Assembly (NCBI GenBank): GCA_030646565.1
Contig: JAUSLA010000024.1
Span: 1-42,827 of the forward strand
Origin: a bacterium
GTDB lineage: Bacteria; Patescibacteriota; Minisyncoccia; Minisyncoccales; RBG-13-42-11
Length of the DNA stretch: 42,827 nucleotides
Direction of reading: 5' to 3'
Each line of letters begins with the position of its first letter. The first letter of the stretch is position 1. Under the pieces are notes generated by a model. The model ran no database searches. It saw only the letters and a program-made list of their open reading frames with translations, and was not told where the DNA came from. Position numbers and translations under genes: made by a program. Shown piece by piece: positions 1 to 9,072 of the stretch.

Positions 1-1
1 C

Positions 2-133
2 GGACCTTTTAAGGACTTTGACGGAAAAGTTTCAGACGTTGACCAAGAACGAGGAAAGATAAAAGTGCTTGTTAATATGTTTGGCAGAGACACGCCCGTA
101 GAATTGGATTCTCTGCAGATTAAAAAGATATAA
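2..133 (+). CDS. nusG: NusG C-terminal (KOW) fragment, 5' end off-window
   Basis: Frame 2 is open from the window edge: GPFKDFDGKVSDVDQERGKIKVLVNMFGRDTPVELDSLQIKKI*. KOW-like tail and the conserved nusG-rplK order. Confidence 0.7.
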   Translation, partial: GPFKDFDGKVSDVDQERGKIKVLVNMFGRDTPVELDSLQIKKI

Positions 134-173
134 ATCGCTCGACAAAGATAATTTTCGCTATTAACCGTTATAG

Positions 174-370
174 CTCGGCCATCTTGCCTCGGGGAGCACG
201 CCGTCGGCTCGAGTGGTTAAAAAAAATAATTTTCAGCCGCGGCTATTTCTCGCCCCGCCGTCCCAAGCCGCAGCGAAGGGTGGCGATGAGGACTGCGTCC
301 TCATCTTCACCTCGTCCCGCTTCGCGAGACTCGGTCTGCGAAGTGCACCCCTTAGCAAGACGCCCTCGCT
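174..370. repeat. GC-rich mosaic hairpin repeat locus (R1)
   Basis: Contains GATGAGGAC-TGC-GTCCTCATC (285-305), GTCCCGC-TTC-GCGAGAC and a cgtcggctcgag unit. The same units recur at about 17 other loci. Confidence 0.8.
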
Positions 371-452
371 AAAGATAAATATATGGCAGGCGGTCGATGA
401 AATCTTATTTCATCTTCCTTCATCCATATTCATTCCGTAAAACGGAATTCAT

Positions 453-875
453 ATGTCTAAAAAAATAAAATCAATCGTAAAACTTCAAATTTCAGCAGGC
501 CAGGCAACTCCAGCTCCCCCGGTTGGGCCTTCTTTGGCTCCTCACGGATTAAATATTTCTGAATTCTGTCAGAAATTTAATGAACTTACAAAATCCCAAA
601 TCGGCTGGAAGCTGCCGGTTGAAATTACGGTTTTTGAGGATAGAACTTATACTCTTAACATAAAACAGCCGCCGGCTTCAGAATTGTTAAAGAAAGCGGC
701 CGGGATTGAAAAGGGTTCCGGAACTCCCAACAAGACCAAAGTTGCCAAAATCACCAAAGCCCAGCTTCGTGAAATAGCGGAAAGAAAAATGCCTGATTTA
801 AACGCCGAGGACATTGAATCAGCTATGAGAATAATTGAGGGAACGGCCCGCAATATGGGGATTGAAGTGGAATAA
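453..875 (+). CDS. rplK: 50S ribosomal protein L11
   Basis: [43 protein letters not shown] is the classic L11 N-terminus. It follows nusG. Confidence 0.95.
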   Translation: MSKKIKSIVKLQISAGQATPAPPVGPSLAPHGLNISEFCQKFNELTKSQIGWKLPVEITVFEDRTYTLNIKQPPASELLKKAAGIEKGSGTPNKTKVAKITKAQLREIAERKMPDLNAEDIESAMRIIEGTARNMGIEVE

Positions 876-888
876 TCCATTTATTATT

Positions 889-1725
889 ATGGAGGGTAAA
901 AATCTTGTTATCCATATTCCCGTAATTCACCGCGGATATTTAGATTTTTTTAAAGAAAATAGAGACAGGGTCTCCGGCATTTATCTCATAGATGAAAAGC
1001 TTCTGGAAGAACTCTCGGAATTTAAACCAGATATTGCTTCTCTAAATACAATAGAAGCGATGGGCTTGCTGGAAAAACTCGGTTTCCAAAACATATCCGT
1101 TCTGTCCTTGAATAATATTGATGAAATTAAAAAGAGAAACCTCATTCTCATTCAGGACGAAATATCCCGCAACTTATATAATAAATATTTACCGGGTGAA
1201 AACGTGGAGTGGGCTTCAGTTTTTCTTCGCTGGGATAAAAGCAAAATTTTATCCACACAGCCTCTTTCAAATATTCCCATTTCCAAAGATACTTTTGATA
1301 TTGATATAATGAAAGAAGCTTATAAAGAATCGGAAAAGAGCAGCGATTGGTGGCGTCATATTGGGGCGGTATTGGTAAAAGATGAAAAAATTATTCTTTA
1401 TGGTAATAATAAAGATATTCCCAGCGACCACACGCCTTATCAGGTGGGGGAAGTGAGGGATTTTTTTATGCCCGGAGAAAGACAGGATTTGGCAAGCGCA
1501 ATTCATGCTGAACAAAAAATCATTGCCGAGGCTGCTAAAAATGGAATTTCCGTCAAAGGATTGTCGCTTTACGCTACAACTTTTCCTTGTCCTGTTTGCG
1601 CTAAACTTATTGCCTGTTCGGGTATCAAAAATCTTTTTTTTGCAGAGGGCGGTTCAAACTTTGACGCAAAAAAAGTTTTAGAATCAGCCGGAGTAAAAAT
1701 TATCTATGTACCGGTAGAAAAGTAA
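889..1725 (+). CDS. dCMP/CMP deaminase-family protein with a ~140-aa N-terminal extension
   Basis: HAEQKII...PCPVCAKLI zinc-binding deaminase motifs in the C-terminal half. The ATG at 889 (MEGKNLV) avoids overlap with rplK; the track ORF starts at 835. Confidence 0.8.
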   Translation: MEGKNLVIHIPVIHRGYLDFFKENRDRVSGIYLIDEKLLEELSEFKPDIASLNTIEAMGLLEKLGFQNISVLSLNNIDEIKKRNLILIQDEISRNLYNKYLPGENVEWASVFLRWDKSKILSTQPLSNIPISKDTFDIDIMKEAYKESEKSSDWWRHIGAVLVKDEKIILYGNNKDIPSDHTPYQVGEVRDFFMPGERQDLASAIHAEQKIIAEAAKNGISVKGLSLYATTFPCPVCAKLIACSGIKNLFFAEGGSNFDAKKVLESAGVKIIYVPVEK

Positions 1726-1741
1726 GGTTCTAAGCAAAACC

Positions 1742-2563
1742 ATGCGGCAATATTTAGATTTATTAAAATATGTCTTGGAAAATGGGGAAAGAAAGGGAGA
1801 TCCCCAGGGAGTGGGGAATGTCGCTGTTTGCGGCTATCAAATGCGTTTTAATATGCAAGACGGATTTCCCTTGCTGACCACAAAAAAAATGCCGTTAAAA
1901 GCAATTATTTATGAATTGCTTTGGTTTTTACGCGGAGATACTAATGTGAAATATTTGCAGGAACACGGCGTCACAATTTGGGATGAGTGGGCGACCCCCG
2001 AGGCCTGCGCCAAATATAACCTTCCTCCGGGAGAACTGGGCCCGATTTACGGCGAAAAATGGCGGCATTGGAAAACGCGAGATGGAAAGATAATTGACCA
2101 GATTTCTATTGCCATAGATGAAATTAAAAAAAATCCCGATTCAAGGCGCTTGGTTGTAACCAGCTGGGACCCGGAAGATGTTGATAAAGTTTTTGTCGCG
2201 CCTTGCCATTGTTTTTTTAAATTTTTTCACAGTCAAGGAAAGTTATCTTTGCATCTTTTTCAGCGGAGCTGCGATGTCTTTCTCGGCGTCCCTTTTAATA
2301 TCGCTTCTTATTCGTTGTTATTAATGATGGCGGCCCATGCCACAGGTCTAAAAGCCCACGAATTTATCCATACTCTATCTGACACTCATTTGTATCTTAA
2401 TCATATAGAGCAGGCGAAACTTCAATTAACCAGGATGCCAAAATCCTTGCCTCGGATGATTCTTAATTCTAAAATAAAAAACATCTTCGATTTTGATTAC
2501 GAAGATTTTCAACTCGAAGGATACGACCCTCACCCGGCCATAAAGGCAGACATAGGCATTTAG
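1742..2563 (+). CDS. thyA: thymidylate synthase (ThyA type)
   Basis: [15 protein letters not shown]..., [29 protein letters not shown] and [21 protein letters not shown] are ThyA signature blocks. Confidence 0.95.
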   Translation: MRQYLDLLKYVLENGERKGDPQGVGNVAVCGYQMRFNMQDGFPLLTTKKMPLKAIIYELLWFLRGDTNVKYLQEHGVTIWDEWATPEACAKYNLPPGELGPIYGEKWRHWKTRDGKIIDQISIAIDEIKKNPDSRRLVVTSWDPEDVDKVFVAPCHCFFKFFHSQGKLSLHLFQRSCDVFLGVPFNIASYSLLLMMAAHATGLKAHEFIHTLSDTHLYLNHIEQAKLQLTRMPKSLPRMILNSKIKNIFDFDYEDFQLEGYDPHPAIKADIGI

Positions 2564-2581
2564 TTGCCAATTTATAGTGGA

Positions 2582-2603
2582 GGATGAGGCAAAGCCTCAT
2601 GCC
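2582..2603. terminator. hairpin between convergent thyA and the HIT gene
   Basis: GGATGAGGC-AAA-GCCTCATGCC. It belongs to the GATGAGG..CCTCATC hairpin type and has no clear T-tract. Confidence 0.4.
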
Positions 2604-3046
2604 TAACCTATAGGGAAATTAACTTTCCTTGTTTTTTTCGTTTTTTGATTCCTTTCAGGAGAAATTAAATGAAAATGGAGGTGGCTAACCGAGGCTCCGG
2701 TAAAATCTGTATCGCCAAACCTAACGGCTAATCCTCCCCCTTTTATTTTATATTTTTTTATTGCCCATTGCGCCAAAAAGAATATAGCTTCAAAGCTCTC
2801 TTTTTTTAAGTCAGAGATGTTTTCTTTGTGTTTTTCTCCTAAAATCATAAAGTGGCAGCGGGCGTTTTTATACGGCCAGCTGGCTTCTGTCAGGAACCAA
2901 TCATTTTTTCTTTTGAGGATGGGTTTTTTGTGATACTTAAAATTCTCTTTGCAAAAAGGACATTTACCGGTTAGAGCTATTTTCTTTATCACTTCTTCGT
3001 ATTCTCCTTTTCTGGCATTTTTTATATTAACAAATTTTTTCTCCAT
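2603..3046 (-). CDS. HIT-superfamily nucleotide hydrolase/transferase
   Basis: Histidine triad SHLHFHLI near the C-terminus and an N-terminal CPFC motif. Confidence 0.8.
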   Translation of the reverse strand: MEKKFVNIKNARKGEYEEVIKKIALTGKCPFCKENFKYHKKPILKRKNDWFLTEASWPYKNARCHFMILGEKHKENISDLKKESFEAIFFLAQWAIKKYKIKGGGLAVRFGDTDFTGASVSHLHFHLISPERNQKTKKTRKVNFPIG

Positions 3047-3050
3047 TTAT

Positions 3051-3148
3051 CGAGTCCGCTAGAGGCGGACGAGTCGAAGAACTTCGTTCTTCTCCACCCT
3101 TCGCCTACGGCTCGGGTAGCTGAAGATGAAGACGCAGTCTTCATCGCC
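3051..3148. repeat. mosaic hairpin repeat locus (R2)
   Basis: GTCCGC-TAGAG-GCGGAC, GAAGAAC-TTC-GTTCTTC, the cacccttcgcctacggctcggg unit, and GATGAAGAC-GCA-GTCTTCATC. Confidence 0.8.
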
Positions 3149-3157
3149 TACTTTTTG

Positions 3158-3709
3158 CTAACTTTTCTTTGTAAAATGAGCAAACATTGCTTCAAGATGT
3201 TTTTTTATCATTCTTTCAATAATTTCCGTTGTAGAGGTATTTTCCGCCTGTCTTGGAAAAACCAAAACATCATCAGCATAAAGTTTAATATCTTTAATTT
3301 GCTCTTCGGAATAACTGTCAGTAGTCGCCACAAATAAATGCGGTTTGATTGTCTTTAATAGTTCATATTGCCATTTTCCAGAATCATCTATATCATCTAT
3401 CGAGATAATATAATCAACGCATTCCTGGTATTTTAGCATTTCCATTCTTTCTTCTTGGGGTATGACGGGTCTAAGCTCGTTTTTTTTATATAATTTTATC
3501 CCTCGGTCGCTGTCCACCCCCACAATCAAAATATCTCCCTGCTCTTTTGCTTTCATTAAGTAGCGCAGGTGTCCTATATGAAGCATATCCCAGGAGCCGG
3601 CTGTACAGACAATTTTGTGCCCCAAAGTTTTATGGGCGTTAATAATTTTTTCCAGCTCGGAATAATCTAAAACTATAGAATTTTTTTGCACTTTCATAAA
3701 TATTATCAT
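3158..3709 (-). CDS. cytidylyl/adenylyltransferase-family protein (RfaE domain II / TagD-like)
   Basis: CTAGSWDMLHIGHLRYL carries the HxGH nucleotidyltransferase motif. Size ~180 aa. Confidence 0.75.
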   Translation of the reverse strand: MIIFMKVQKNSIVLDYSELEKIINAHKTLGHKIVCTAGSWDMLHIGHLRYLMKAKEQGDILIVGVDSDRGIKLYKKNELRPVIPQEERMEMLKYQECVDYIISIDDIDDSGKWQYELLKTIKPHLFVATTDSYSEEQIKDIKLYADDVLVFPRQAENTSTTEIIERMIKKHLEAMFAHFTKKS

Positions 3710-3742
3710 ATAATAGCATATACATAACGCGATGCCAAATTT

Positions 3743-4240
3743 ATGTTAATATCAATCATAGTCGCTATAGGCAATAATCAAGTTATTGGAATTAAAAATT
3801 CTCTGCCTTGGAATTTACCGGCAGATATGGAGCATTTTCGCTCGTTAACCGTGGGAAAACCGATAATTATGGGACAAAAGACATTTGAATCAATCGGCAA
3901 GGCCTTGCCTTTGAGAACAAATATCATTTTAACCTTAGATAAGAGTTTCCATGCGCCAAATTGTATCACAGCCTATTCAATAGATGAGGCGCTTCAGATT
4001 GCTCAAAATACCGGAGCAAAAGAAGTGATGATATGCGGAGGGGTGTCTATATATAAACAATTTTTACCTTTGGCCGGCCGTTTATATTTAACTTTCATTG
4101 ACGGTAATTTTGAAGGAGACGCCTATTTCCCGGAATTTGATTATAATGAATGGGAAGAAGTGGAGCGGGTTTCAAATGAGCCGGACAAAAATAACGCTTA
4201 TCGCTATAGTTTCGTTGTATTGCAAAAAAAGAAAAATTAA
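3743..4240 (+). CDS. folA: dihydrofolate reductase
   Basis: MLISIIVAIGNNQVIGIKNSLPWNLPADMEHFRSLTVGKPIIMGQKTFESIG is the DHFR signature. Confidence 0.9.
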   Translation: MLISIIVAIGNNQVIGIKNSLPWNLPADMEHFRSLTVGKPIIMGQKTFESIGKALPLRTNIILTLDKSFHAPNCITAYSIDEALQIAQNTGAKEVMICGGVSIYKQFLPLAGRLYLTFIDGNFEGDAYFPEFDYNEWEEVERVSNEPDKNNAYRYSFVVLQKKKN

Positions 4241-4243
4241 GAC

Positions 4244-4783
4244 ATGGTTTTAGGTGTAAAAAAACTTTTAGAGTTGGTAAAAACAAAAAAATTGGTGGAA
4301 AATCTTTCAGAAAGAGAATTAAATAATCCTGAAGGAGCCGGCTTTGATATTAGAATAGGGGAGTTATATAAAGTTAAAGGGAAGGGATTTTTGGGCGTAG
4401 AGGAAAGAGAAACGCCGGGGATGGAACTAATAGCAAAATACGAAGAGGGAAAAATCCAAAAAGTGGCGCTTTCGCCCCGCACTTATTATGCTTTAAAAAC
4501 GATTGAAACTCTGAATATGCCAGACGATCTTTTGGCGATAACGACTCCAAGGTCAACTTTGTTTCGTTCGGGCGTCTACATTTTTGGCGGTCAAACTCCG
4601 CCGGGATACAAAGGAGGCCTGGTGATGGGCATTTATAATTTCAGAGACGAAGCGTTTGACTTGGAAATGGGAGCCAGGGTTTTGCACATAATGTTTTTTC
4701 AAGTTGAAGGCGAATCAAATCTTTACCGCGGCCAATGGCAGGGAGGCAGGGTTACTACTAGCGAAAAAGAAAAACAAGTATGA
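4244..4783 (+). CDS. dCTP deaminase/dUTPase-superfamily protein
   Basis: PRSTLFRSGVYIFGGQTPPGYKGGLVMGIYNF resembles the RSSxxRxG...PGxxG...N core of the dcd/dut fold. The stop overlaps the glyA start. Confidence 0.65.
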   Translation: MVLGVKKLLELVKTKKLVENLSERELNNPEGAGFDIRIGELYKVKGKGFLGVEERETPGMELIAKYEEGKIQKVALSPRTYYALKTIETLNMPDDLLAITTPRSTLFRSGVYIFGGQTPPGYKGGLVMGIYNFRDEAFDLEMGARVLHIMFFQVEGESNLYRGQWQGGRVTTSEKEKQV

Positions 4784-6009
4784 CTAAATTAGCGAAAAAC
4801 GATCCGCAAGTTTATAAACTGATCAAAAAAGAAACCAAAAGACAGCAAGAAGGAATGGAATTAATAGCTTCGGAGAATTATGTTTCTAAAGCGGTACTAG
4901 AGGCTCTGGCTTCGGTTTTTACGAATAAATATTCGGAAGGGTATCCCGGGAAAAGATATTACGGAGGCCAGCCTTATACTGACGCCGTTGAAATTTTAGC
5001 CATTGAGCGAGCCAAAAAACTTTTTTCAGCCGAGCACGCTAATGTTCAGCCACATTCGGGCGCTCCGGCTAATATGATTGTTTATAGCGCCGTTTTAAAG
5101 CCGGGAGATAAAGTTTTAGGAATGGATTTTTCTCACGGGGGACATTTGACTCACGGGCATCCGGTTACGCTATCGGCAAAAATTTATAATTTTATCCGGT
5201 ATAAAACAAAAGCGGATGGACTGATTGATTATGAGGAGCTTGAGCAAATCGCCTTAAGGGAAAAACCGAAATTAATGCTGGCTGGATTTTCGTCTTATAC
5301 CAGGCAAATTGACTATAAAAAATTTTTAGATATTGCCAAAAAAGTCGGAGCTATCACTATGTTTGATATGGCCCATATCGCCGGTCTTATTGCGGGGAAA
5401 GCTCTTCCCAATCCTATTCCGCATTTTGATATTGTTACGACAACTACTCACAAGACATTAAGGGGTCCGAGAGGCGGAATGATTTTATGTAAAAAAGAAT
5501 TTGCCCAAGTTATTGATAAAGCGTGTTTTCCCGGATTTCAAGGCGGGCCCCATATGAATAATATCGCCGCAAAAGCCGTAGCATTTAAAGAGGCTTTGGG
5601 TCCCTCATTCAAGGTTTATGCCGGGCAAATTTTAAAAAATGCAAAAGTCTTGGAAAATGAATTAAGAAATTATGGTTTTAAATTAATGTTCGGAGGAACG
5701 GATAATCATATGATTTTAGTCGATGTTTTCGGATCAAAAGGGGTTACCGGCAAGGAAGCAGAAACAGCTTTGGATGAAATTGGCATTACGATTAATAAAA
5801 ATATGATACCAGACGATCCGAGGAGCCCGATGGATCCATCCGGAATCCGAATTGGGGTTCCGGCAATTACAACCAGAGGAATGAAGAAAAAAGAAGTGAA
5901 ACAAATCGCCCAATGGATAAACAGCGCGATTGAGAATCGCAATAATGAAATAATCTTAAATAAGATTCACAAAGAAGTGATAAAAATGTGTAAAAGATTT
6001 CCCATATAA
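4780..6009 (+). CDS. glyA: serine hydroxymethyltransferase
   Basis: ELIASENYVSKAVLEA, YSEGYPGKRYYGG and TTTTHKTLRGPRGG (PLP lysine block). Confidence 0.95.
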   Translation: MTKLAKNDPQVYKLIKKETKRQQEGMELIASENYVSKAVLEALASVFTNKYSEGYPGKRYYGGQPYTDAVEILAIERAKKLFSAEHANVQPHSGAPANMIVYSAVLKPGDKVLGMDFSHGGHLTHGHPVTLSAKIYNFIRYKTKADGLIDYEELEQIALREKPKLMLAGFSSYTRQIDYKKFLDIAKKVGAITMFDMAHIAGLIAGKALPNPIPHFDIVTTTTHKTLRGPRGGMILCKKEFAQVIDKACFPGFQGGPHMNNIAAKAVAFKEALGPSFKVYAGQILKNAKVLENELRNYGFKLMFGGTDNHMILVDVFGSKGVTGKEAETALDEIGITINKNMIPDDPRSPMDPSGIRIGVPAITTRGMKKKEVKQIAQWINSAIENRNNEIILNKIHKEVIKMCKRFPI

Positions 6010-6031
6010 GTTCTGTGAAACAGGATGAGAC

Positions 6032-6107
6032 AGTCAAAGAGAGCTTAGTTCTCTTTGACTGCCCGAGCGAAGCGAAGGGTGAAGATGAGGCGAAGTCCTC
6101 ATCGCCA
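6032..6107. repeat. glyA 3' hairpin plus mosaic repeat units (R3)
   Basis: AGTCAAAGAGA..TCTCTTTGACT stem, then gcccgagcgaagcgaagggtgaa and GATGAGG-CGAAGT-CCTCATC-gcc. Confidence 0.75.
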
Positions 6108-6179
6108 CCAATTATAGTTTATTATATTAAATTTTTCTTCGCAGCGCAACTATGTTTGTTAACTCTCATCTGATTATCA

Positions 6180-6209
6180 AAAGCCGAAGTAAGTTTTATA
6201 CTCCGGCTC
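6180..6209 (-). terminator. intrinsic terminator after the M23 peptidase gene
   Basis: Minus strand: GCCGGAGTA-TAAAACT-TACTTCGGC followed by TTTTGAT. Confidence 0.6.
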
Positions 6210-6213
6210 AATT

Positions 6214-7827
6214 TTATGAAAGAATTGTTGGTACAAATACCCATGTGGGACTGATGCCCTCCACTAATTTCTTTGGTTCACCCCTGCCATCAGCGCTGAT
6301 TATCCAGATTTCATTCTGAATGTAGCTACGGAGAAAGGCAATTTTCTTTCCATCTGGCGACCAAGCTATCTTACCCATTGTCGCCCGGGTTAGCTCCCTT
6401 AAGTTCCGGCCATCAGCGTCAATTGTGAAGAGTTTACCCTCATTTAAAAAAGTAATTTTTTTACCGTCAGGAGAGAAAGCTGGATAAAACCATTGGTAAT
6501 GCGCCGGGTCGCGGCCAGCTAGACGAGGCAACCTATAATTACAGTACTCTGCAGTATTCCCAAAGACTTTTTGTTTATTTTTACCTTGATTATCAGCAAC
6601 AATCAAGGTTCTTTCCGTACGAATACAAACAATAATAAAGGATCCGTATTTGTCTTGGCCCCTCTCTATCTCTTTAGTTACTGCCGATTGGCCGGTCTCA
6701 AAGACTATTGCTCCGTTTCCTCTGACAATATCAAAATCAGTTATGAAAATATCGAGTGGTAACTTTCCCTTCTTAGAAGTGGAAAAATCTATGTAGTTAA
6801 GGCTAGTATCTCCGGGCCACAAAAGATAGAATATTCGATTACCATCGGAGTTCCATCTAAATCGTTGAATCTGCGTCCCAATGTTAGCCTCGGATCGCTC
6901 ATTGATTAATTCTTGGTCGCCAGAACCATCATAATTAGCCGTTCTTATCTGAAGCCAATCGCTAATATAGGCAATTCTTCTGCCGTCAGGAGACCAGCTC
7001 GGTTCCCTTCCTTTTGTTATCAGGAGTTGCTTCTCACGGCCATCTTCAGTAATTGTCCAAATTCCCCCTTTATCTTCATAGACGAGTTTGCCGAGAGAGG
7101 GGAGAGGAGTTGACGTTGGGGTCGATGAAGGAGTTGCCGTTGCAGTAGCTGTTGGTGTCGGTGTTAAAGTTGGTATTACTGTAGCTGTCGGGGTTGGTGT
7201 TGCTGGGGCCGTCGGCGAAGGAGTTGGAGTTGGTGGATAATTATCCGAGATATAACTTTTTCTTTCCTTTGGAATTCCATCTGGCTCTTGCCTCAAAACA
7301 TCGGCATCAGAAAAAGAAATTTGAATTGATTGGGTGTACCAATGAGCCTTATCTTTTGGCGTTTCTTGAACTTGGAAATGGAGATGGGCACCACAAGCCC
7401 AACCCGTTGTATCTGCTTTAGCAATAATTTGGCCTTGCTTAACATCTTCACCTTCTCTAACTGTTGCTGAATTGTATTGTAGATGAAGATAAAGGGCAGA
7501 AGTGCCGTCTCTATGGTCAATAACGACATAGTTGGGTTCATTCTTATATTTAGGATCACAGCCGCCCTTATTTGAAACATCTTTTACGGCTAAAACCTTG
7601 CCTGCGCGACTAACAGCAACAGGAGCGCCATCAGCTAAATTAAAATCGAAAGCAAAAGTAGCCTTTCCTTTATGGGAATAATCGCCGTAATTTCCTTGTT
7701 TTACTGTATATTCTCTTCCTGCCGAATAGGGAAGTTTGTAGGGACTTTCTTCTGATGAAAAAACTGATGGAGAGTTCGTTTTAATAAGAAAAATTAATAA
7801 AAATCCGACTATGATCCATCGCCACAT
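6214..7827 (-). CDS. secreted M23 peptidase fused by a Pro/Thr linker to a TolB/PD40-like beta-propeller
   Basis: Signal-like N-terminus; DHRDG and AHLHFQV (M23 metal ligands); PPTPTPSPTAPATPTPTAT linker; repeated WSPDG/FSPDGKK motifs. Confidence 0.8.
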   Translation of the reverse strand: MWRWIIVGFLLIFLIKTNSPSVFSSEESPYKLPYSAGREYTVKQGNYGDYSHKGKATFAFDFNLADGAPVAVSRAGKVLAVKDVSNKGGCDPKYKNEPNYVVIDHRDGTSALYLHLQYNSATVREGEDVKQGQIIAKADTTGWACGAHLHFQVQETPKDKAHWYTQSIQISFSDADVLRQEPDGIPKERKSYISDNYPPTPTPSPTAPATPTPTATVIPTLTPTPTATATATPSSTPTSTPLPSLGKLVYEDKGGIWTITEDGREKQLLITKGREPSWSPDGRRIAYISDWLQIRTANYDGSGDQELINERSEANIGTQIQRFRWNSDGNRIFYLLWPGDTSLNYIDFSTSKKGKLPLDIFITDFDIVRGNGAIVFETGQSAVTKEIERGQDKYGSFIIVCIRTERTLIVADNQGKNKQKVFGNTAEYCNYRLPRLAGRDPAHYQWFYPAFSPDGKKITFLNEGKLFTIDADGRNLRELTRATMGKIAWSPDGKKIAFLRSYIQNEIWIISADGRGEPKKLVEGISPTWVFVPTILS

Positions 7828-7858
7828 TGCTCACCATACCCCCTTTCTTCTTTTCTTA

Positions 7859-8383
7859 CTATTCACAAAGCATTTTATCGAATTCTTTTTCTTCTGGCGA
7901 AAGCAAAGTATCGGGTACCAGTTGAAACCATTGACAATATTTTTCATTCGCTGATAAGGCAGAAAAATGAGCTATCTCCCAGTGTTGATTAATTTTGCGC
8001 CCTAGTATGCCCATTCCTTCTGTTGGCATAAATTCTCCAGTTTCTTTATATTTAGCGGCGTATCCTAATATTACCCAATCCCTTTCTATTTCAAGGGTTT
8101 CGACACTTATAAATTCGCCTTTTTTCTCTAGATCTTTGCCCAAAGAAATAAAATATCTATCTTCATAAACTGCCTTTTTAATCTCTCCTTCAGTTTCAGG
8201 ATTGACGTCACCTACCGGTACATTCCAGATAATTCCTTCAGGAGAAGTGATTTTTTTTTCTGGAGTTACAACCTCTGAAATTTTTCCTTCTCTCGGCCAA
8301 GCTAAAAAAACAGCTAAACCAACTGCCAACAAAAGAAAAGCAATCACCGGAATCCAGATTTTTGGAGAAATCTTTCGCATCAT
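7859..8383 (-). CDS. membrane-anchored hypothetical protein
   Basis: N-terminal TM segment (IWIPVIAFLLLAVGLAVFLAW) and a strong SD (AAAGGAGGTAG) upstream. No motif recognised. Confidence 0.5.
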   Translation of the reverse strand: MMRKISPKIWIPVIAFLLLAVGLAVFLAWPREGKISEVVTPEKKITSPEGIIWNVPVGDVNPETEGEIKKAVYEDRYFISLGKDLEKKGEFISVETLEIERDWVILGYAAKYKETGEFMPTEGMGILGRKINQHWEIAHFSALSANEKYCQWFQLVPDTLLSPEEKEFDKMLCE

Positions 8384-8511
8384 TTTCTTATTCTACCTCC
8401 TTTTTGGATTTTTGGACATCCATATTTAATTGTTAAATTACTACCATTGACTATTTTTATTGTAATATTTTTCCGATTATTACTATTGCGTTAGGGATTT
8501 CTATTTTTCCT

Positions 8512-8556
8512 GTCGAAGAGCTTTCGCTCCTCTTCACCCTTCGCTTCGCTCGGGTA
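8512..8556. repeat. mosaic hairpin repeat locus (R4) overlapping the receiver gene's 3' end
   Basis: GAAGAGC..GCTCCTCTTC hairpin plus the cacccttcgcttcgctcgggt unit. The last six codons (LPERSEG*) of the receiver gene are repeat-encoded. Confidence 0.7.
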
Positions 8557-8914
8557 AATAACTTTTAATTTTTTTAATTATTTCCTGAGGAGTATAGTCT
8601 GTTTTAATCAAATAATCTTTAACTCCGAGAGCAAACGCTTCTTTTTTTGTCTCGGGGCTGTCGTAATTTGAAAAAGCCACGACCGGAATGGAAGACAGAT
8701 TCGGGTCTTTTTTTATTTTGCCCAGAAAGCTGATTCCGTTTGTTTTTGGCAGCAAAATATCAAGCAAAATCAAATCCGGCTTTTCTGTTTTCAAAATTTC
8801 CAAAGCATCTTCAGCTGAAGGCGCTAAAGTAATTCCAAATCCCTCTTGAACAAATTTATCGCGATACATTTCCCCTAAAATTTTTTCGTCCTCTACTATT
8901 AAAATTTTTTTCAT
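8534..8914 (-). CDS. single-domain response regulator (CheY-like receiver)
   Basis: MKKILIVEDE...PDLILLDILLP...DYLIK: receiver acidic pocket, phospho-Asp and the conserved Lys. Confidence 0.85.
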   Translation of the reverse strand: MKKILIVEDEKILGEMYRDKFVQEGFGITLAPSAEDALEILKTEKPDLILLDILLPKTNGISFLGKIKKDPNLSSIPVVAFSNYDSPETKKEAFALGVKDYLIKTDYTPQEIIKKIKSYLPERSEG

Positions 8915-9072
8915 AAAAAATTTAATTAAAAGAATCTTGAACGAAGTGAAAGATCCTTACTATTAAAATTTTCTGCATAAATTTCCGTTAATGATTAAGG
9001 CAAAGATATTTTTTCCAAAATATCTTTTTCAAATGTTTCAAAGTTCAACCTTGAAACATTTTTCATCGACTT

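Noticed and set aside
184-440. ORFs 184..372 and 213..440 in the nusG-rplK spacer
   Set aside because: They are read through the GC-rich mosaic hairpin repeat. They give Arg/Ser/Pro-rich low-complexity translations, have no SD, and equivalent pseudo-ORFs appear at every repeat locus.
835-888. Upstream extensions of track ORFs: 835 (deaminase), 15595 (NUDIX), 20763 (carbamoyltransferase), 21579 (queE), 11367 (kinase), 40344 (ligT) and 34272 (HAD)
   Set aside because: In most cases an internal ATG or GTG is preceded by a GGAGG-type SD and/or removes an implausible overlap with the upstream gene; for the kinase (11292) and ligT (40323) the internal start has only a weak or unexamined SD and rests mainly on avoiding overlap or fitting the conserved N-terminus. 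The extensions have no recognisable protein features.
7090-7230. Tandem DNA repeat in the M23 peptidase gene
   Set aside because: It is the coding sequence of a Pro/Thr-rich interdomain linker (ACN/CCN codon reiteration), not an independent repeat element.
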